Shown here: one piece after another, positions 41,501-55,962 of the stretch | How positions within the stretch are numbered: the first letter of the stretch is position 1 | Layout of the letters: each line of letters starts with the position of its first letter | Assembly (NCBI GenBank): GCA_050575255.1 | Contig: JBNZDD010013726.1 | Span: 2,363,763-2,427,762, forward strand | DNA from: Harriotta raleighana | Taxonomy: Eukaryota | Length of the DNA: 64,000 nt | Direction of reading: 5' to 3' | Made by a program: the position numbers and the translations under genes | Notes under the pieces: model-generated | Databases searched by the model: none | What the model saw: the letters and a program-made list of their open reading frames with translations, nothing else | Told to the model about the DNA's origin: nothing

Positions 41501-44500
41501 CTATCCTCTACTTATACAAATTATGCAAAGAATAATACCTCCTTGTATTGCCAACACAGGTGGGTGTGATCTTAAGCGCTGTTTTCTTTGTGATAGTGCG
41601 TAAGCAAATTGTCCTACACTAGAATTAACTGATACATACATAGACCTAACAATACCACTGCAAATTCCTGGCTTCAATTTCTATCTAATTCACTACAAAT
41701 AAAGCATGTAGTTTGCAAAACTTTCTCTTAGGTTATCACCTATACGATTGATATTTGATTAGGTCTCTGCACTTGATTTTAATTATAGAAAGTTAGTGAA
41801 AATTAAGCATTGTGGAGGATTTGCTTAAGTGTTTCGGAAAATCTAAACCACTTTACTGATCATACTTCTAAAAATGCTGTGACTGCACTAATGACTGATT
41901 CATAATATGCAAACCATCGTGTATATACTTACTAATGAACTAATACCTATATTGCACAGAATATATCACTGTTTGTGCAAGCAGATTGCACAGAAAGGTA
42001 TAGCTGTCATTTTCCTGTATCCTTTTGCATTCCTCTGTTTGATTTTGAGTAGATTGGGTGGACAAAATAAACCCAAAATGCTGTAGGGCAGTTGGAGCTG
42101 GAGGCTTACAGATTCCACTATCAGAAAAAAGGCTATTTATTGACCACACTTGTACTTAATACTTGTTTTCCCACAGACGTCTGTAGCTTTTTACAAGCCC
42201 ATGTTCAAATAGCAACTTGTCAATAAAGAAATCTTAGAATCGGGTTTAATGTACTGGAAGAGATGTATTACATCCTTTGGTTTAGAGTAAAAGGTGGACA
42301 GAAGTTATTTTAAGTGTTACACAATAGAGCAGAGTTACTGCTGTATGACTGTCTCTGGTCAGAAATGCGTGGATTTGAGCTCAGTCACTGCAAATGCAAT
42401 TTCTTTGCAACATCAGAATGATGACAGTACTTGAAAGCCATTCTTATTTTATAAATCCTTCCTGTGTAACACAATCTTCCCTGAGACTCAAGTTTACAGC
42501 CTGACTGAGTCAGGACATTTATGGTTGAAGTTTGAATTTATGTGTCTTTGTTCTGTCGTTTCACACATTGAGGCTGTAAGAAACTGCTCTATTCTAAACA
42601 TAAGGGTAAATCTCTATGCAGTGGTAAGTTTCCAACAACATCAACAGCAACAGCTTGCATTTCTAATTAAGTTTAGGGGACTTTAAATTTCAGCGAAGGC
42701 TTGGGGATGCTAGAGTGTCCGTCAGAATACTGCCTGAGTCTAACCAGTGAAAACTGCATAGCTTGCCATTGTTTACAGGTGTCTGGCAAGCTTTCCCATT
42801 GCTTGTCCAGCTAGGAACACCCGACCCATTAGAGCTTTGGCTTACAGAGTAAACAGATGCTGAGTTGCATAATACAGTACCCAGCCCCCGGTTAGTGATC
42901 TGCCCTTCCAGGTCTTGCTGATGAACCAGGCTGGCTGTGCTGTCACCGCAGCGCCCTGGAATTCTGTGGGCCTGACTGGCTCAGAAACTAGATTTCCGAG
43001 ACCGCCACAGTGGCCTGGCTTGATTCCGATATTCAATTGCCAGATATGTTACCTTAGAGCCAGTTCAGCTCCATGGGGACACTGTGGATTACTGTGATTT
43101 CTCTTCAGAAATGCAGAGCTTAAAGTTTGTTGCATTTTCTCACATTGGGATTCATAACAATTTTCATTTCTCAGTGGTTTTGAAGTGCTGCTCTTAATAA
43201 AGGTAATTTCCTCCAATTTGTTTTGCACACAGCTGTGGTTTCTCTCAGATTAAATTTCCCGATATTCTCTTAGTAGCAATGCTATATTATCCCAGAGAGA
43301 ATCACCGTAAAGTTTTTTTAAAAAAATACAGTTCCTCCCCCACCCAATGCAGCTTATTTACATGCAACATGCTCTCATTTCAAAAATGGATGCACTTGAA
43401 TATTTCCAGTTACTTGTCGGAGCTGCATTGTTTGTCAAATGGATTTGCTTAAATTCTTTTATTTGCATAAATTTAGTGCAAGATTCTTGCTTCTGATTTC
43501 CAATCGATATTAGTTTCAACATGCTAATTTCTATATGTTTATGATATACAACAACAGGACTCTGAACAAGTGTGTATGCGAATATAGGAGATTGTTCATA
43601 TTCTCAGGCACATGTCATAATTTCCTTGGGATCCAAACTGGTTTCACGTGAATATGAATCTATCACTTTTGTTTCAGACATTGACTGGATTTTGTCATTC
43701 CTTGCACTGAATTAGAAGATCATTCTTCCTTATTGCTGAGTCAATAAGCAATACAATCTATTTCTTTCAGAGATGCTTTAAGACACTGGGTGAAGATTTG
43801 TTTTGATGGATATCCATCTTGCTGAAGCAGGCAACAGTACTCGCCTTTAGTCTCATAAATTGCTCCTGACAATTTTGTTTCTTGCTGAAGCACTTCAGTG
43901 CCTCTGAATCTTACTATGGATTTGTCTAAATAATTTTCAGATCTTGAACAGATTCATTACAAACACTCTCACTTCTTGTGCACATTTATCAGAGTTTTAT
44001 TTCATAATATCTATTCAGGTGCCCATCTGCCCAGATATAGTTGGGTTTCTCAAAAGATGAAATTAAAAGAACTCAAAAAAATAGCAGCCATGGTTGAGTT
44101 CAAACAAATAATAGTTGTCATTCTAATCAGTGAGAAGTAATTGTTTTCATGGTCGAAATAATTTCGTGACTCTGAAAATCGTGCTAATATTGCAAATGTG
44201 GGTATTGCATATTAAAGCATTATCTGTTAGTGTGTCCATTGCTAAGATGGATTTCTTATGGCAGGGTCATTGGCTAATGCAATAAACTTATAGCATTCTT
44301 AATCTACCATCAATATGGCGTTTTTAAATTAAATTATAGCCATATGTTTCTACAATTCGAGATAATGGATCTGAAAATACTTTCTGTTTGTCAATGAGTG
44401 CATTTTGATTTCCAGGAGAAATTGAATCTTTCATAAATTAGAAGAAGGCTTTTACAGCACTGGTTACATTTATCACGTCTTTCAGAACATTTTTCACAAA

Positions 44501-47500
44501 ATATATTTCTCAAACACAATATTAATCATTTTAACTATTTGTTTTTTTCCCTCCCAAAATCTTCGGTTTCTTCATCATTTTCTCTGTGTCATTTGCGAGA
44601 CGAGGAGATGGACAAAATGGTTGTATTCCCAAGTCTCTTCAGTACCAGGCTGCAATTGTCACTTGGAGATATTGCTGTGTGGAGAATTGGAAATGTCCCA
44701 ACAGTGCAGTAAAACGTTGGGATTGTGAGCAAGGTTACATTGTTCTGCAGTTTATGGAGCTTGTGTTCGATATCAAATCCAGGTGAGAACTGATAATAAT
44801 AATAATAATAATAATCATGGATGAGGAGAGTGGAAATGTGTTAACATTCCAGTGGTGAAATTCCATGTCTTAAGGAAGCCCAAAAATATTTGGGTTAGAT
44901 TGACATCTGGGTTTCATAAGTGAAAATGAGGCCATTATATTATATTGGCCGCAGTCTGCTCTCAAAAATGCGTTTATCATTCCTATCTATCATTTATGCT
45001 AGTGCTGAATGCGTGTTATAGAGATGCACAAAAATTGTTGGAAATATCTGCCTCCACTGGTGACCATTCATGTCTTACATCCTAAGAATGATAACACAGT
45101 TGTTGGGTAGTTTACATCACAACTCAGTAGCAGTGTCCCAACGTCATCTTCCACCTAGTCGCACCCGAATGACTTTCATCCCAGCAGTGAAAAGATAAAT
45201 ATTTTAGCATATTATGTTATTTATTGAACTTCATTCATAAAGCTCCAGGGTCCTTGTTCTGCACAGCGTTCAAACCCAGCTCCGCGAGGTGAAATGAGAG
45301 TTTGTAATACATTACATTTTTTATTAAGGAATGCCAGATGAAGAACCAAGAACCAGGACTTCACCAAGAATGAAAGGAATGAGAGAGCATGAGAAAAAAC
45401 GGACCTTGTACACATAGTCTGTGCAGTTCAATGCCATTTACATTGATATAGTCAATTTTTCCTACTCCTTTCCCTGAGCCCTCCCCCCCTACTTGGCTGT
45501 ACAGCGCTTTGGGACGTCCTCCCGACGTGAAAGGCGCTATATAAATAAAATTTTGATTGTTATAGTGACTTTCATGTTGGGAGGATGTCTCTGAATGCTT
45601 TACACTGCTGGCTGGGCACCAGACTCTCCGGGTTAGGAGAGGGTTAAATGTAAATTAATGCTATATACGATGACCTTTTCCTACCAAGTCATTTTATAAA
45701 CTGCAAGAAACATAGATTAGATGTGAATAGGGAGTTGTTGACTTATTTTTATGCAGTCTCCTTTGTTCCTTCTCCTCAACCTCAGGCTATGATTAACCGC
45801 AAACTTCCACAAACAATTTTCAATTTGCCTGTTGTGTCTGGATTCTTTGTGCTGGATCACATTTTAATTTTCTGCGACCCTTACGTTTTGTAAAGCCGAT
45901 AGACATTTGAATGTACCTGAATATCTGGGTAAATTGATTCAATATTTTAGCTGCCTAAGGGTTTTTGTTTCCTCGAGGAAAGAATTGCATTTTGTGATCG
46001 CTTTAATTTGATTTGTGAACTCGAGCAAACAAAACCATCAAAAACTAATTGTAAATCTCACTCTGTGTTAATGCTTTAATTTCATAAATGTCTTTGGATT
46101 TCTATTGAAATAAAAACAAAACATTTTGCAATTAATGGGTGAAATACAAGAGGTGGCGGCGGGATATTGAGATGTCTAGAAGACATGAAAAGCGCTATAT
46201 CAAATGCAAGGATTATTATTATTGGAGTCCCGGAATATTATGCCAATGATAAGTGGGACTTAGCTTTGTGTCTGTGATTCTTCATAGACAGTGAGTTATC
46301 AGACAGTGATTTATCTGTCTCCATTCCACTGTTTTGGGAAGCTAGGGAGACGGATTGGAGCTAGGCTGGGGGTGGGGGGAGGGAGAAGTGTGAGAAACAA
46401 ATTCTACCTGGCCCTAGGTTTACAGTTAACATTTCAGAGTATGAGGAATTGCAGTGTTTTAAATGTGAGGCTAATTCTCTGTATGTTATTTTAAGAACTA
46501 CAGAAACCCAGCTGCAAATTGTGCCAGAAGGGTTGAACTCTAATCTATTGACTGCACAAAAGTTAATTTATTTGAAAGAATTCTTTTAGTAGATGCTTTG
46601 TGGCTAGTTTTACACTGTGGAAAAGTGGCTACTTTCGTGCAGTGGAAAGTGAGGTGTCTTAAAATAAGTATAATCGACTTAATGGCACATGGACACAAAT
46701 TCAATCCATTTCTGACCGCATGCCACTGTTGTGGCTTATTGAAAAACAGATGTAATGTGTCAAATGGAGCAGAATAAAAGAAATTGAATTGCCTTGTGGC
46801 AAAATATTTCCCCATTTCAGAATGTGAAAGGGTTGCCATAAGAATGGTCCTACTTTGCCTTCACTCTGCTGAAAAAAACCTCAACAAAAGATGTTTTAAA
46901 TTGCCCTTAAGCTGTCTGACAGACACAGCTCCAATGAGCTGTGAAAGTATTGTGTGGGGTACCAAACCACACAATGTGTCTAGCGAATTGAAGAATTTGC
47001 ATGTCCTGCAGATGTTGCTCCACACTATCCATGCTTACTGTTGCCTCATTGCAGAAAGTGGAAGTAGAACTCTCTATGAACTCTTAGCACATAAAACACT
47101 AGTCAATGGGGAAAATGCTGCCATAATACATCGATTATGCAATGCCCTGAATGTCCAACCGAATTATTTTGACTTAATATTACAACGTATAATTTATCTT
47201 GTGGGGGTTTCAAACCTTCCCAAGATCATCTCAGCCTAGACTTGGGATTGAAACTGTGACCTCCATTTTCTGTATGGCTGAATGCCACATCATGCAGTAT
47301 GTTTCACCACAAAGACATCTGTGGAGGCCAGGAAGCAAGAGTTTAACTGAGAATTCAGAAATGTGCAGTTTTGTTTGTATCTGGTTTCACATGTTCAATT
47401 TGTTTGACGTCCTGGGAAACCATAGGCTCTTACTGAGAAATGTCGACTATAGAGGGGCAAAATGGAGTTTAAACTATCTGAGAGAAAATAAGAGGAACAT

Positions 47501-48536
47501 TTTGATGTTACAAAATATAGCAAAACTGTTAAACATTTATGTTACTGGTTATCTAATCCTTATGCCTTTTCAATAGTTCACAAAATTACGATTGCTACAG
47601 TTTGGGCATGACATGCCTTTTGGATGGGAAACTTGATAGGGAAATATTGCACACCGAATGTGTTTGCTGTGTTTGGCAGTAAGAGACACAAAGGATCACA
47701 TCTTGCTACAAGCAAAAAAAATCGTAATGTAATCAATGGAATTGTGCAATTTCAGAAGCCTGCTAGGTTTGCAGGTTAAAAATCAGGAAATCTTTTAAAA
47801 TCCAGGGTTTTCCAGAATGCTACTGAAATGTAACATGTTGAAGGGGTGATGGAGCAAGGTATGCTTTTTATTGTAGCATTTTGACACAATCTGCAGGATT
47901 TTTCAGGTGAGAAGCAGCACGAGGTCAGGTGAATCTGCAGCCTCACTCAATATAACCATTTGTTCAGAAAATCAGCTCCAGAAAAGGCACTTGCTTCTAC
48001 CCATTCTGACATTTCTATTTTTTTCACAATTGATTCTGATGTCCCAACCTGCCATAATAGAGCTTGGTGTTTTGCTGTTCCCTAGGGATTAACTGATGAG
48101 TTAAATAATTATCCTAATGGCTTCTCTGAGTAAGATTGACAATTAAGTGAGATGTATAATAGAGGTATTTTGTTGCTACAGTCAGAAAAGTACAGTATAA
48201 CATTAACAAAGGGGAATTTAGAATGCACTTATTGGAAGATGGGAATCTACCATTTTCGCCATGTTAAAACACACACTGTTGTGTAATGTAGGCTACTGAA
48301 GATCTATTTGCTTCATACTTCTACATCTTTTATACGCATTTTATTACCGTTTTAAAATCAACATAAAACATCCATGCCCACAGTTACAATTCTCTAGAGA
48401 ACAACATTGACTTTTATATTTAACATATTTCCTCTCCCCTCCCACCACCCCACACAGATTTCAAGGTATTAGGGTGGGAGGGTGAACAAGGTATTTTAAA
48501 ACAAGTTTCTACTCCTTTTTATATAGAGTGTTCACA

Positions 48537-48855
48537 AACCCCAGATGGTCTTTAGGTCCCGAGTGCTGATCAGGTTGCAGACTAAGCATCTGAGGCGCTA
48601 TGTAATTCTCTCTTTAGCAATGGCTAGTATACTTTTAGAACTGCTTCTGCAATTCTTCGGGAATTGCTTGCCAATCTAGAGCTTGTATAAAAATANAACC
48701 CCAGATGGTCTTTAGGTCCCGAGTGCTGATCAGGTTGCAGACTAAACATCTGAGGCGCTATGTAATTCTCTCTTTAGAAATGGCTAGTATACTTTTAGAA
48801 CTGCCTCTGCAATTCTTCGGGAATTGCTTGCCAATCTAGAGCTTGTATAAAAATA
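48537..48855. repeat. 159-bp direct duplication flanking the N at 48696
   Basis: 48537-48695 and 48697-48855 are identical except for three substitutions that I could see. Confidence 0.9.
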
Positions 48856-51319
48856 GCAATAAAACAACTGAAAGAAGACAAATGGAACTTGTTGTTCTTT
48901 TTGCTTTTTGCAATACAGGGAGCTGGCTTTCTGTTTAAGTACAAGAATATTCTGTTGTATTTGAGATGCCCGGGCTGCTCAGCATAATTGTGCAGTGCAA
49001 CAGGAAATGAACAGCTCTGATAGGGTGTTCTTTAAAGGTCGTCTAATATCAGTTGTAGTACAGTAATTAACAAAGTCATTTGAGACGAAGATGGACAAAT
49101 GCTCCACAAGGTTCAAAGGGTCTTATTCTGCTGAAGCTGGAAGATCTGACTTGAGAAGGTAGCATTCCAGGCATGAGCAGTAGAAATGCAGGAATAGATC
49201 GATATTCTACTGTTTTGCTTGATGATCTGTAGAGATGAGGAAGTATTTTATTTTGAGGTTTCCCTCAGGAGATCTAGAAAAGCGCAATAGCATTCCTCAT
49301 ACACTGGGTATTATATGATCTGCAGAAGGAGTGGGCTTGATTTGTTGATAGCCTTTGACTTGAGTTCAGGTGTTCCTGATTACAAATGCAGCTACTGTTC
49401 TGCTTTGAAGGCTGTTTCTCATGCGAGCAGAGGCCCAGAAGTTGTATAACAAGTTATTCAAAATAGCAGTCACAGAACACGCTTTATCGGTCTTCAAAAT
49501 TATTTTTTTGGGGGAAAATAAAGTAAATTTGGCTATGAATGGCGTGGTTCAGATGCAAATGAGAAATCGTAGATTGGAAAGCAACTTCTGGTTTATAAAT
49601 GCAATTTTAATTCCATTTAATTCAGTGATGATTGATAGGTTGTGAATATGCTGTGTATGAGTGAAAGGTTTCCCAAGTAAAACGGAAACAAGGAACTGCA
49701 GGATTTCGAACAAACACATGTAAGAATATGTGGTTATCAGATATCGATTTAGTGACATTGACATTACTAATCCAATTTCATTGCAGACCTGTAGTCTGTG
49801 ATCAGTCCTGCCCTCCACTTCTTAACAGCTATTTGTGCGGATTAATTCTGTGCTAATGGACTAAAGGTCGGACGCTGTGTACAGCAGTAATTAAAATATC
49901 CTGTTGCAATATCACCAACACAATCTGTTTTGTGATCAATAAACAGTGTGGGTTGGCTGATGAGCTGTGAGTACAACTCCCTGATCGCATGTAGGGGGCT
50001 ATTACATGGCTACAATGAGAAGTAAATCAATTCACTAATGCTCATATGTTTTCATCTAGGTCGCGGAACAAGTTTTCTTTGCCCAGAACTTACTGTTAAA
50101 ACAAAACCAGAAATGCTGTTGGCACCTTTTCTTTGATGGATGGGTATTACCTTCTGCTGTTCATGTTAATATTTCAAATCTATAACTCCTGACATTTAAA
50201 AGGAAGTTTTTAAAAGATCTGAAAGGAATCCCATGGTGAGATCCAATCATATCTTGGTATTCCCAAGAAATAAACTTTATTCTTGATTTTAACATTGTTG
50301 GTAGCCTTGCTCCAGATGTTGGTTAGTCTATCAGGCTTCATGTTGCAGAACATTACCCCAATTTGCATCGCTTTCCAGATTGTAACAAGCAGAGACAGGA
50401 TTTCATTTTGATAGCTATTTATTCCAGGCTCCCTCTTAACCGCCTCATCCTTCCCACAACACTGACTGCTTGATACAACTCAGGATGACATTGCATTAGT
50501 TTTCCCTCTGCTTGGATGTGCTCGACCTCCATTCTGTACACTGGATTTTTTGGTCTGGGTGAGATGGCAAACAATTAATGCCCGTCAGGAGGCAGACAAT
50601 TTGCTTCTAAGTCTCTGCCAACTTTTGTTCTGACCTGGGTCACTAAGAATTATGGACAAAGGAGTTTTGCTCTTCTTTCACTCTCCAGGAATGAGGCTGG
50701 TGTCCTCTTTGCGCATTCCTATGACGAGAGAATGGAGTTTGGAAACTGAGTGTAGAGGAAGGGAACTCAAACGTATACACTTTAATCGACATTGGTGTTC
50801 AGTAGTTTTCGTGATCCAATGCATCATCTAACCTAAAATGTAAACGATGCAAGGAGAAATAAATAAGCCTTCTCAGCTCCAAAATTGAAGAAATACTAGA
50901 TTTTTATTCTCAAAAGGAACTTCCCTGGGACATGAAGAAAATCTGTTTCAAATCATTGATCTATGGGTCATGTCTCGACTATTCAAACTTAGATTAATAA
51001 AATAATATTTGAATTTGATATATTGTATTTCATGCCTTAGGATTTACTATGAAGTGTCGTGACTGAGTATTCTGTAAGCCAATGTGACAATGTGCCCTGA
51101 GTGGAGGGCGATATATCAGTGCAAGGTGTTGTTGTTGATTTAGGCAAATGTGGCAGCCAGTTTGGCTGTTTGTGGGACATTGCTGTGCCCAAACTGGCTG
51201 TATCAGTAAATGTCACAGGATTCAGATTTATATTGAACATATTTGAGATAAACTGGTCTGAATTCTATGACATTCACAGTTACTCCAGATATTCTCATTT
51301 ACAAATAGTAACTGTCAGG

Positions 51320-51990
51320 AACCCTTTGTAAGGGATTGCTTAACAGCTAATGAAGGAAGGAAGGCAAATTGAGACACAATTCAGTGGGCTTGGTATTGCA
51401 TTACAAACCACAACCATGATGACTTTAGGTTCAGATGGTATTCAGTTATAGATGCCCGCTTAAAGGAACAATCATAGATAAAAGAGAGGGCAAAGTACAG
51501 ATGCACTAGGTTGATACCTGGTATCAGACAGCATACATTCCAAATGGACTGTCTAAATTGTTTAATCCACTGGAAATAAGGATATCGGAAGGGGAGGCAA
51601 TAGAGGTGCTTAAAATAAAAATGAAATATTTTCCTTTAGTTAGGGCGAGGGGACAATTAGTTCAAGATTGTTAGCTAAAGAATGTCGAACAACATTGGAA
51701 GGAATTTTTTTCATTCAGAGGGCTGCTGGAGTGTGAAATTCTTTGAATGTCATAGAATTCAGTGACTTGCGACATCATTCCAGATGTGAAAGGTGCTCCA
51801 CAAATGCAATTTTGTTGTTGTTGAATTGATGCTGAATCAATGGAATCATTCAAAAAGTAACTGGCATAAAGGATTATGGGGGAGATTGCTGGAAAATTGA
51901 ATTAATAAAAAAAAAAGTTGCTTTTAAAAAGATAATAGTGGCACAGGCATTTGGGCAACCATCTGTGCTAACAAATTCTATGTTGTATTA
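51320..51990 (+). mobile_element. Degenerate CR1-clade LINE with an inserted L2-type tail (about 51765-51822)
   Basis: gcactaggttgatacctgg, atagaggtgcttaaaat, ttcattcagagggc and ...ttctatg motifs. Confidence 0.7.
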
Positions 51991-52544
51991 TGACGGAAAC
52001 AGTCTGTTTAAAAAAAACTTTTGTCTGCCCTACCTGTTCAGTCTAGGCACCATGGAACAAGTTATTTGCCTGGCTGACGTTATCTGTAGCTGACAAATCA
52101 AAATGACAAAGAGATCTATCAACAAAAATTAGATGAAGCAGATTCAGGCTCTGTTTAGGTTTGTAATCTGATCTGTGTTGCACTGAAGACTTAGCTCAGG
52201 GTAATGCTATCTTCCAAATTAAATCAACAACTTCTGTTTTGCAATGATACAAACATTACTGAATAAACGTCTATGCAAAAGCAAGATTTTATAACATATC
52301 GTTCGCTATGTATGATGGTACCTCATTTATCAATTTATTCTGCCCTTTGGGAAGTGCATTTACAATTCAATATGAATAAAACAGTATAGACATCTCCTGA
52401 TTTATGAATGGCTACGTAACACTTGTTACAGTGTAATTCTGGCAAACTTAATTGAGTAAAATCTAATTTCAAATAAAATAACTGTGCTAGTTTCATTGTA
52501 AAGTGCAGCCTTTACTGTCACCCAACTCTTAGTTTTCCAAACAA

Positions 52545-52830
52545 GGGGTCACAGTAAGTAAACTAGGGCGGCCAGTTGCACTTACAATTGATTTCAACAT
52601 TTAGGAAGGGAAAATCACCTGGGATTCCTCCTCCTAAACTCCATTGAGTGACGGAATCTTAAATAACTGAAAGTTGTGTGTGTGAATGCTGGGTGAGGAT
52701 AGCAATGGGCCGAGCTGTAATTCTACCCGTGGCTGTAGCTGATGGATATTCTGTGTTGAGCCTCACCATGAGTAATGGCCATTTCAGATGGAGTACTATA
52801 GAGAGCCAATGGAGTCATTACCACAATAGG
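52545..52830 (+). mobile_element. LF-SINE-like relic, the longest in the window
   Basis: gggaaaatcacctgggattcctcctcct...gggtgaggatagcaatgggccgagctgtaat...taatggccattt. Confidence 0.6.
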
Positions 52831-54589
52831 AGGCAAAATGTGCTGGACACCTTTAGGAGAGGAGAATGGAAAGTTGATGGAGTGGAAACAAATATATGGT
52901 ATACGCTGTTCGGCGTAGAGGGCGCTATATTAATCAAAGTTATTATAAATAGAAGTTGTTGTTGTTGGTATATTTTTCAGAAATAAGTAATTTGTACGTT
53001 TGTACACTTTGTATTGCTACTTGCATTAAAAACATTTTATAACTTGCAAAGATAATTAAGAGTGCTCAGGCAATCCATTACCCCACATTTTAAGCGTTCT
53101 CTCAAAACCCACAAGATTAAAGTTGTATTTTAAAAGCAATGGAAATGGGAGTTAGAAGATAAATAATATTATTATTTCCATATTATTATGTCATTGTTAG
53201 GTTTATGTTGTAAATCCATCCTCTTAGTGTTTAGTGCAGGATAAATTGCTGTTGCAGGAGTAGGTAGAAAGGGATAGTGATACCCAAGTACATTTCTTTC
53301 CTTTTATAAAGGAAAATACAAGCAAAGCAAAGTTCTGTTCACACATAAATAAATATTTTTAACAACAGTTAGAGTTGGTTTGTAAATTACCCAGATCAGC
53401 AATCAACCAATTGCATAGTGTCTGCAGATATCACTAGATCTGCAGAAAACCTACCTCAATATTATACTTATCCATCTAAAGACACTTTCTTTCAATTAAT
53501 TGGGGGTGGGGGAGGATCGAGCAAGGCATTTGAGATACATGCTCATGGCTTAGACTGCCCTTTCCGCCTAGCATTAAAAATTTGTGGTCCCTTTGGGAAG
53601 TTTAAAGCATAATAATGTTGAAAAGGAACATGGCGTTTCACTTATCAGGTGGTTGGTTAAGTGGGATCACTGGGTAACTGAAGCCGAAGCTACTGTGCAA
53701 AACACTAAAATCTACTACAACCAGCAGCTGGGTACAAGGCTCATCTCTCAAGGATGTAAAGGGATTTGGTAGAAACAGTAAAATAGCTTGTCTAATGGCC
53801 CAGCCAAAGGTCACTCAATGGTTGCAAACAATTACTGGTGTGCAAGCTCTCAGATCAGCCTGGCTCACAACAGAACTATTTTTTGTTTCAAATGAATGAT
53901 TAAATCGTATCTGGCCTGAATGAATTTTAATCTGATTTTTGCTAGGAATACTGTGTGGAACCAGACTCAGGATGTTAAACTGCCCACTGTGACTGGAAGC
54001 GCATGGTAATGAAGTGAGATGGCTGCAGGCTATATGGGCACTGAAGTAATTCGATTATCATTCCTCATAATATCCGAGTAAATGTTTACATCCAGGAAAT
54101 GACTTGAAAGCGATGTATTTTTACATCCATTTAGACAGGGAAATCATACACTGCCAAAGAAAGCAGATGGGCAGTGCTAAGGGAAAGTACATGCCTTGTT
54201 GGATGGATTCTTTGGCCAGAATTGGACTCTTTAAAAGTGAAGCTTCAGGGATGCAGTAGCACAGAGGCACAACAAGTCTAATACTGTAACCCAACACATC
54301 CGTCAATATCCTAAAGAGGTGATATTTATTCTGTTAATTCCCACCACCATTTTGTGTTATTTTTGCTAAGTTCAGTGCTCTGGAATCAGGAGTCTTGTTT
54401 TCACTACTATTTGAATTAATCGCACGCCAGCTCTTTCATGAACAACGGTCTCCTTGATAGAACTTGGGTGATCCACCAAGAACCATTTTTGAACAGAAGC
54501 TGAATCAATTCTCACCACCTGAGTTAATACGGCTAGTTCCATTGCCTGTTTAGTATAGCCTCCCTGTTCAGTATAGTCAACTCTTTAGA

Positions 54590-54715
54590 ATAGTCTGTCT
54601 GTTCAGTTGGACATTAAAAATCCCATGGCATTATTCAGAAAGCATAGGGAGTTTCTCCCAGTGTCTTGGCCGGCAATTCCCCAGATAAAACGTCTAAAAG
54701 TTGTTTGTGAGATAT
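54590..54715 (+). mobile_element. Old Deu-SINE internal fragment
   Basis: taaaaatcccatggcattattc...gagtttctcccagtgtcttggcc, similar to 20010-20065. Confidence 0.6.
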
Positions 54716-55584
54716 TACGGTAGGGAGAGAGAACTGAGTATTGGGAGTCCAGGACACAAGTTAAAGCTTCAGGATGAATTAAAGTTTGTGAAGGCGGAGC
54801 TCAAATTCACTGAATTTAAAACCCTTCTGTCATGGGAGATTTTCACCCTAACTGGGAGGACAAGATTCAGTTCAAGTCCTAGTGTGTGTGACCATCTGCA
54901 GAGTTTTGACTCTTATCCGTGGATCTGTTCAGAAAAAAATAAACCCATAAAGTTCAGGAGTTTGCATCTGTGGTGTATTAACAATGAAAATATTAATTTT
55001 CTATTTAAATGCTATCATGCACTAGTTAATAAAATCTCGAGGCTTCCAATTTCTGATCACAAAGCAATCTATCTTAGTGATTTATGGAAGAGTCAAGCTC
55101 ACTGAAGCAAACAGTGAAACTCTAAACACCTCATTAATCCCTGGACCCGTGTTTCAGTAAATGAAAACCAATATTAGATGTGAAAAAAATATATGTTTGC
55201 GGAATTAGAGCATTCTGTCACAAATGAAAATATAGGGCCCTGATGTTATTTCTTCAAGGATCAGCACTATTACCAGCAATATTAATTCAATCTGCAAATC
55301 ATTTGTAAAAGTGGTGATATTTTCAACTTTGAAGGGTCTTCTGCAAGTCAAATCATTTAATGATGATTACCAGTGTCATGAACATCTGTTTGAGAGAATA
55401 TATCTTATGTATGTGCTGACACTGTAGTTTGTTCTGTTCTTAGAAAACTATATGAACTATATCCCCGAGTCACAATGAATAGGGAATAGGAATACTAAGA
55501 ATAATAAATGAAATTATAAGGTATAGAGAGGTAAAGGACATTGACAGTCAAAAAGAATGGAGGGGCAACAGAGAATAGAGTGCT

Positions 55585-55962
55585 GATAATAATAACCCTT
55601 GCATTTGTTATGGTGTTTTACCATGTCCTTTAGACATCTGCAAAGCGCTTCACAGAATATATGGTAAAGTGAATTGATTGTACATTTTTTGGGCACCACG
55701 CAGCAGCCAATTGCACACAGCAGTGTCCCACACAGTCGTGAATTGAGTGACAAAATTATTATTATTTAAAACATTTTTTTTAGAAGGAATTATTACTCTC
55801 AGAAAAGCGAATTGACTATCAACCAGGTTCCTACTTACTGTTCGGTAAGCCGAGTCTTGTGGAGTAAGGAAACTTGTCCAACATTTTGCCCTGCCCAGGA
55901 ATTGACTCAGGTCTTTCTGCTTGTGAGATGAGTGCTCTAATAACGAGGCTACAATATTCCAC
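55585..55962 (-). mobile_element. Deu-SINE, full length with an internal insertion
   Basis: Tail, core gcagccaattgcacacagcagtgtccca, tggagtaaggaaacttg and tRNA-like head. Confidence 0.85.

Noticed and set aside
44586-44786. 66-aa ORF ending near a CAG|GTGAGA donor
   Set aside because: No recognisable homology and no partner exons.
46784-47576. Adjacent ORFs of 151 and 125 aa
   Set aside because: Non-ATG starts, random-like composition and no domain motifs.
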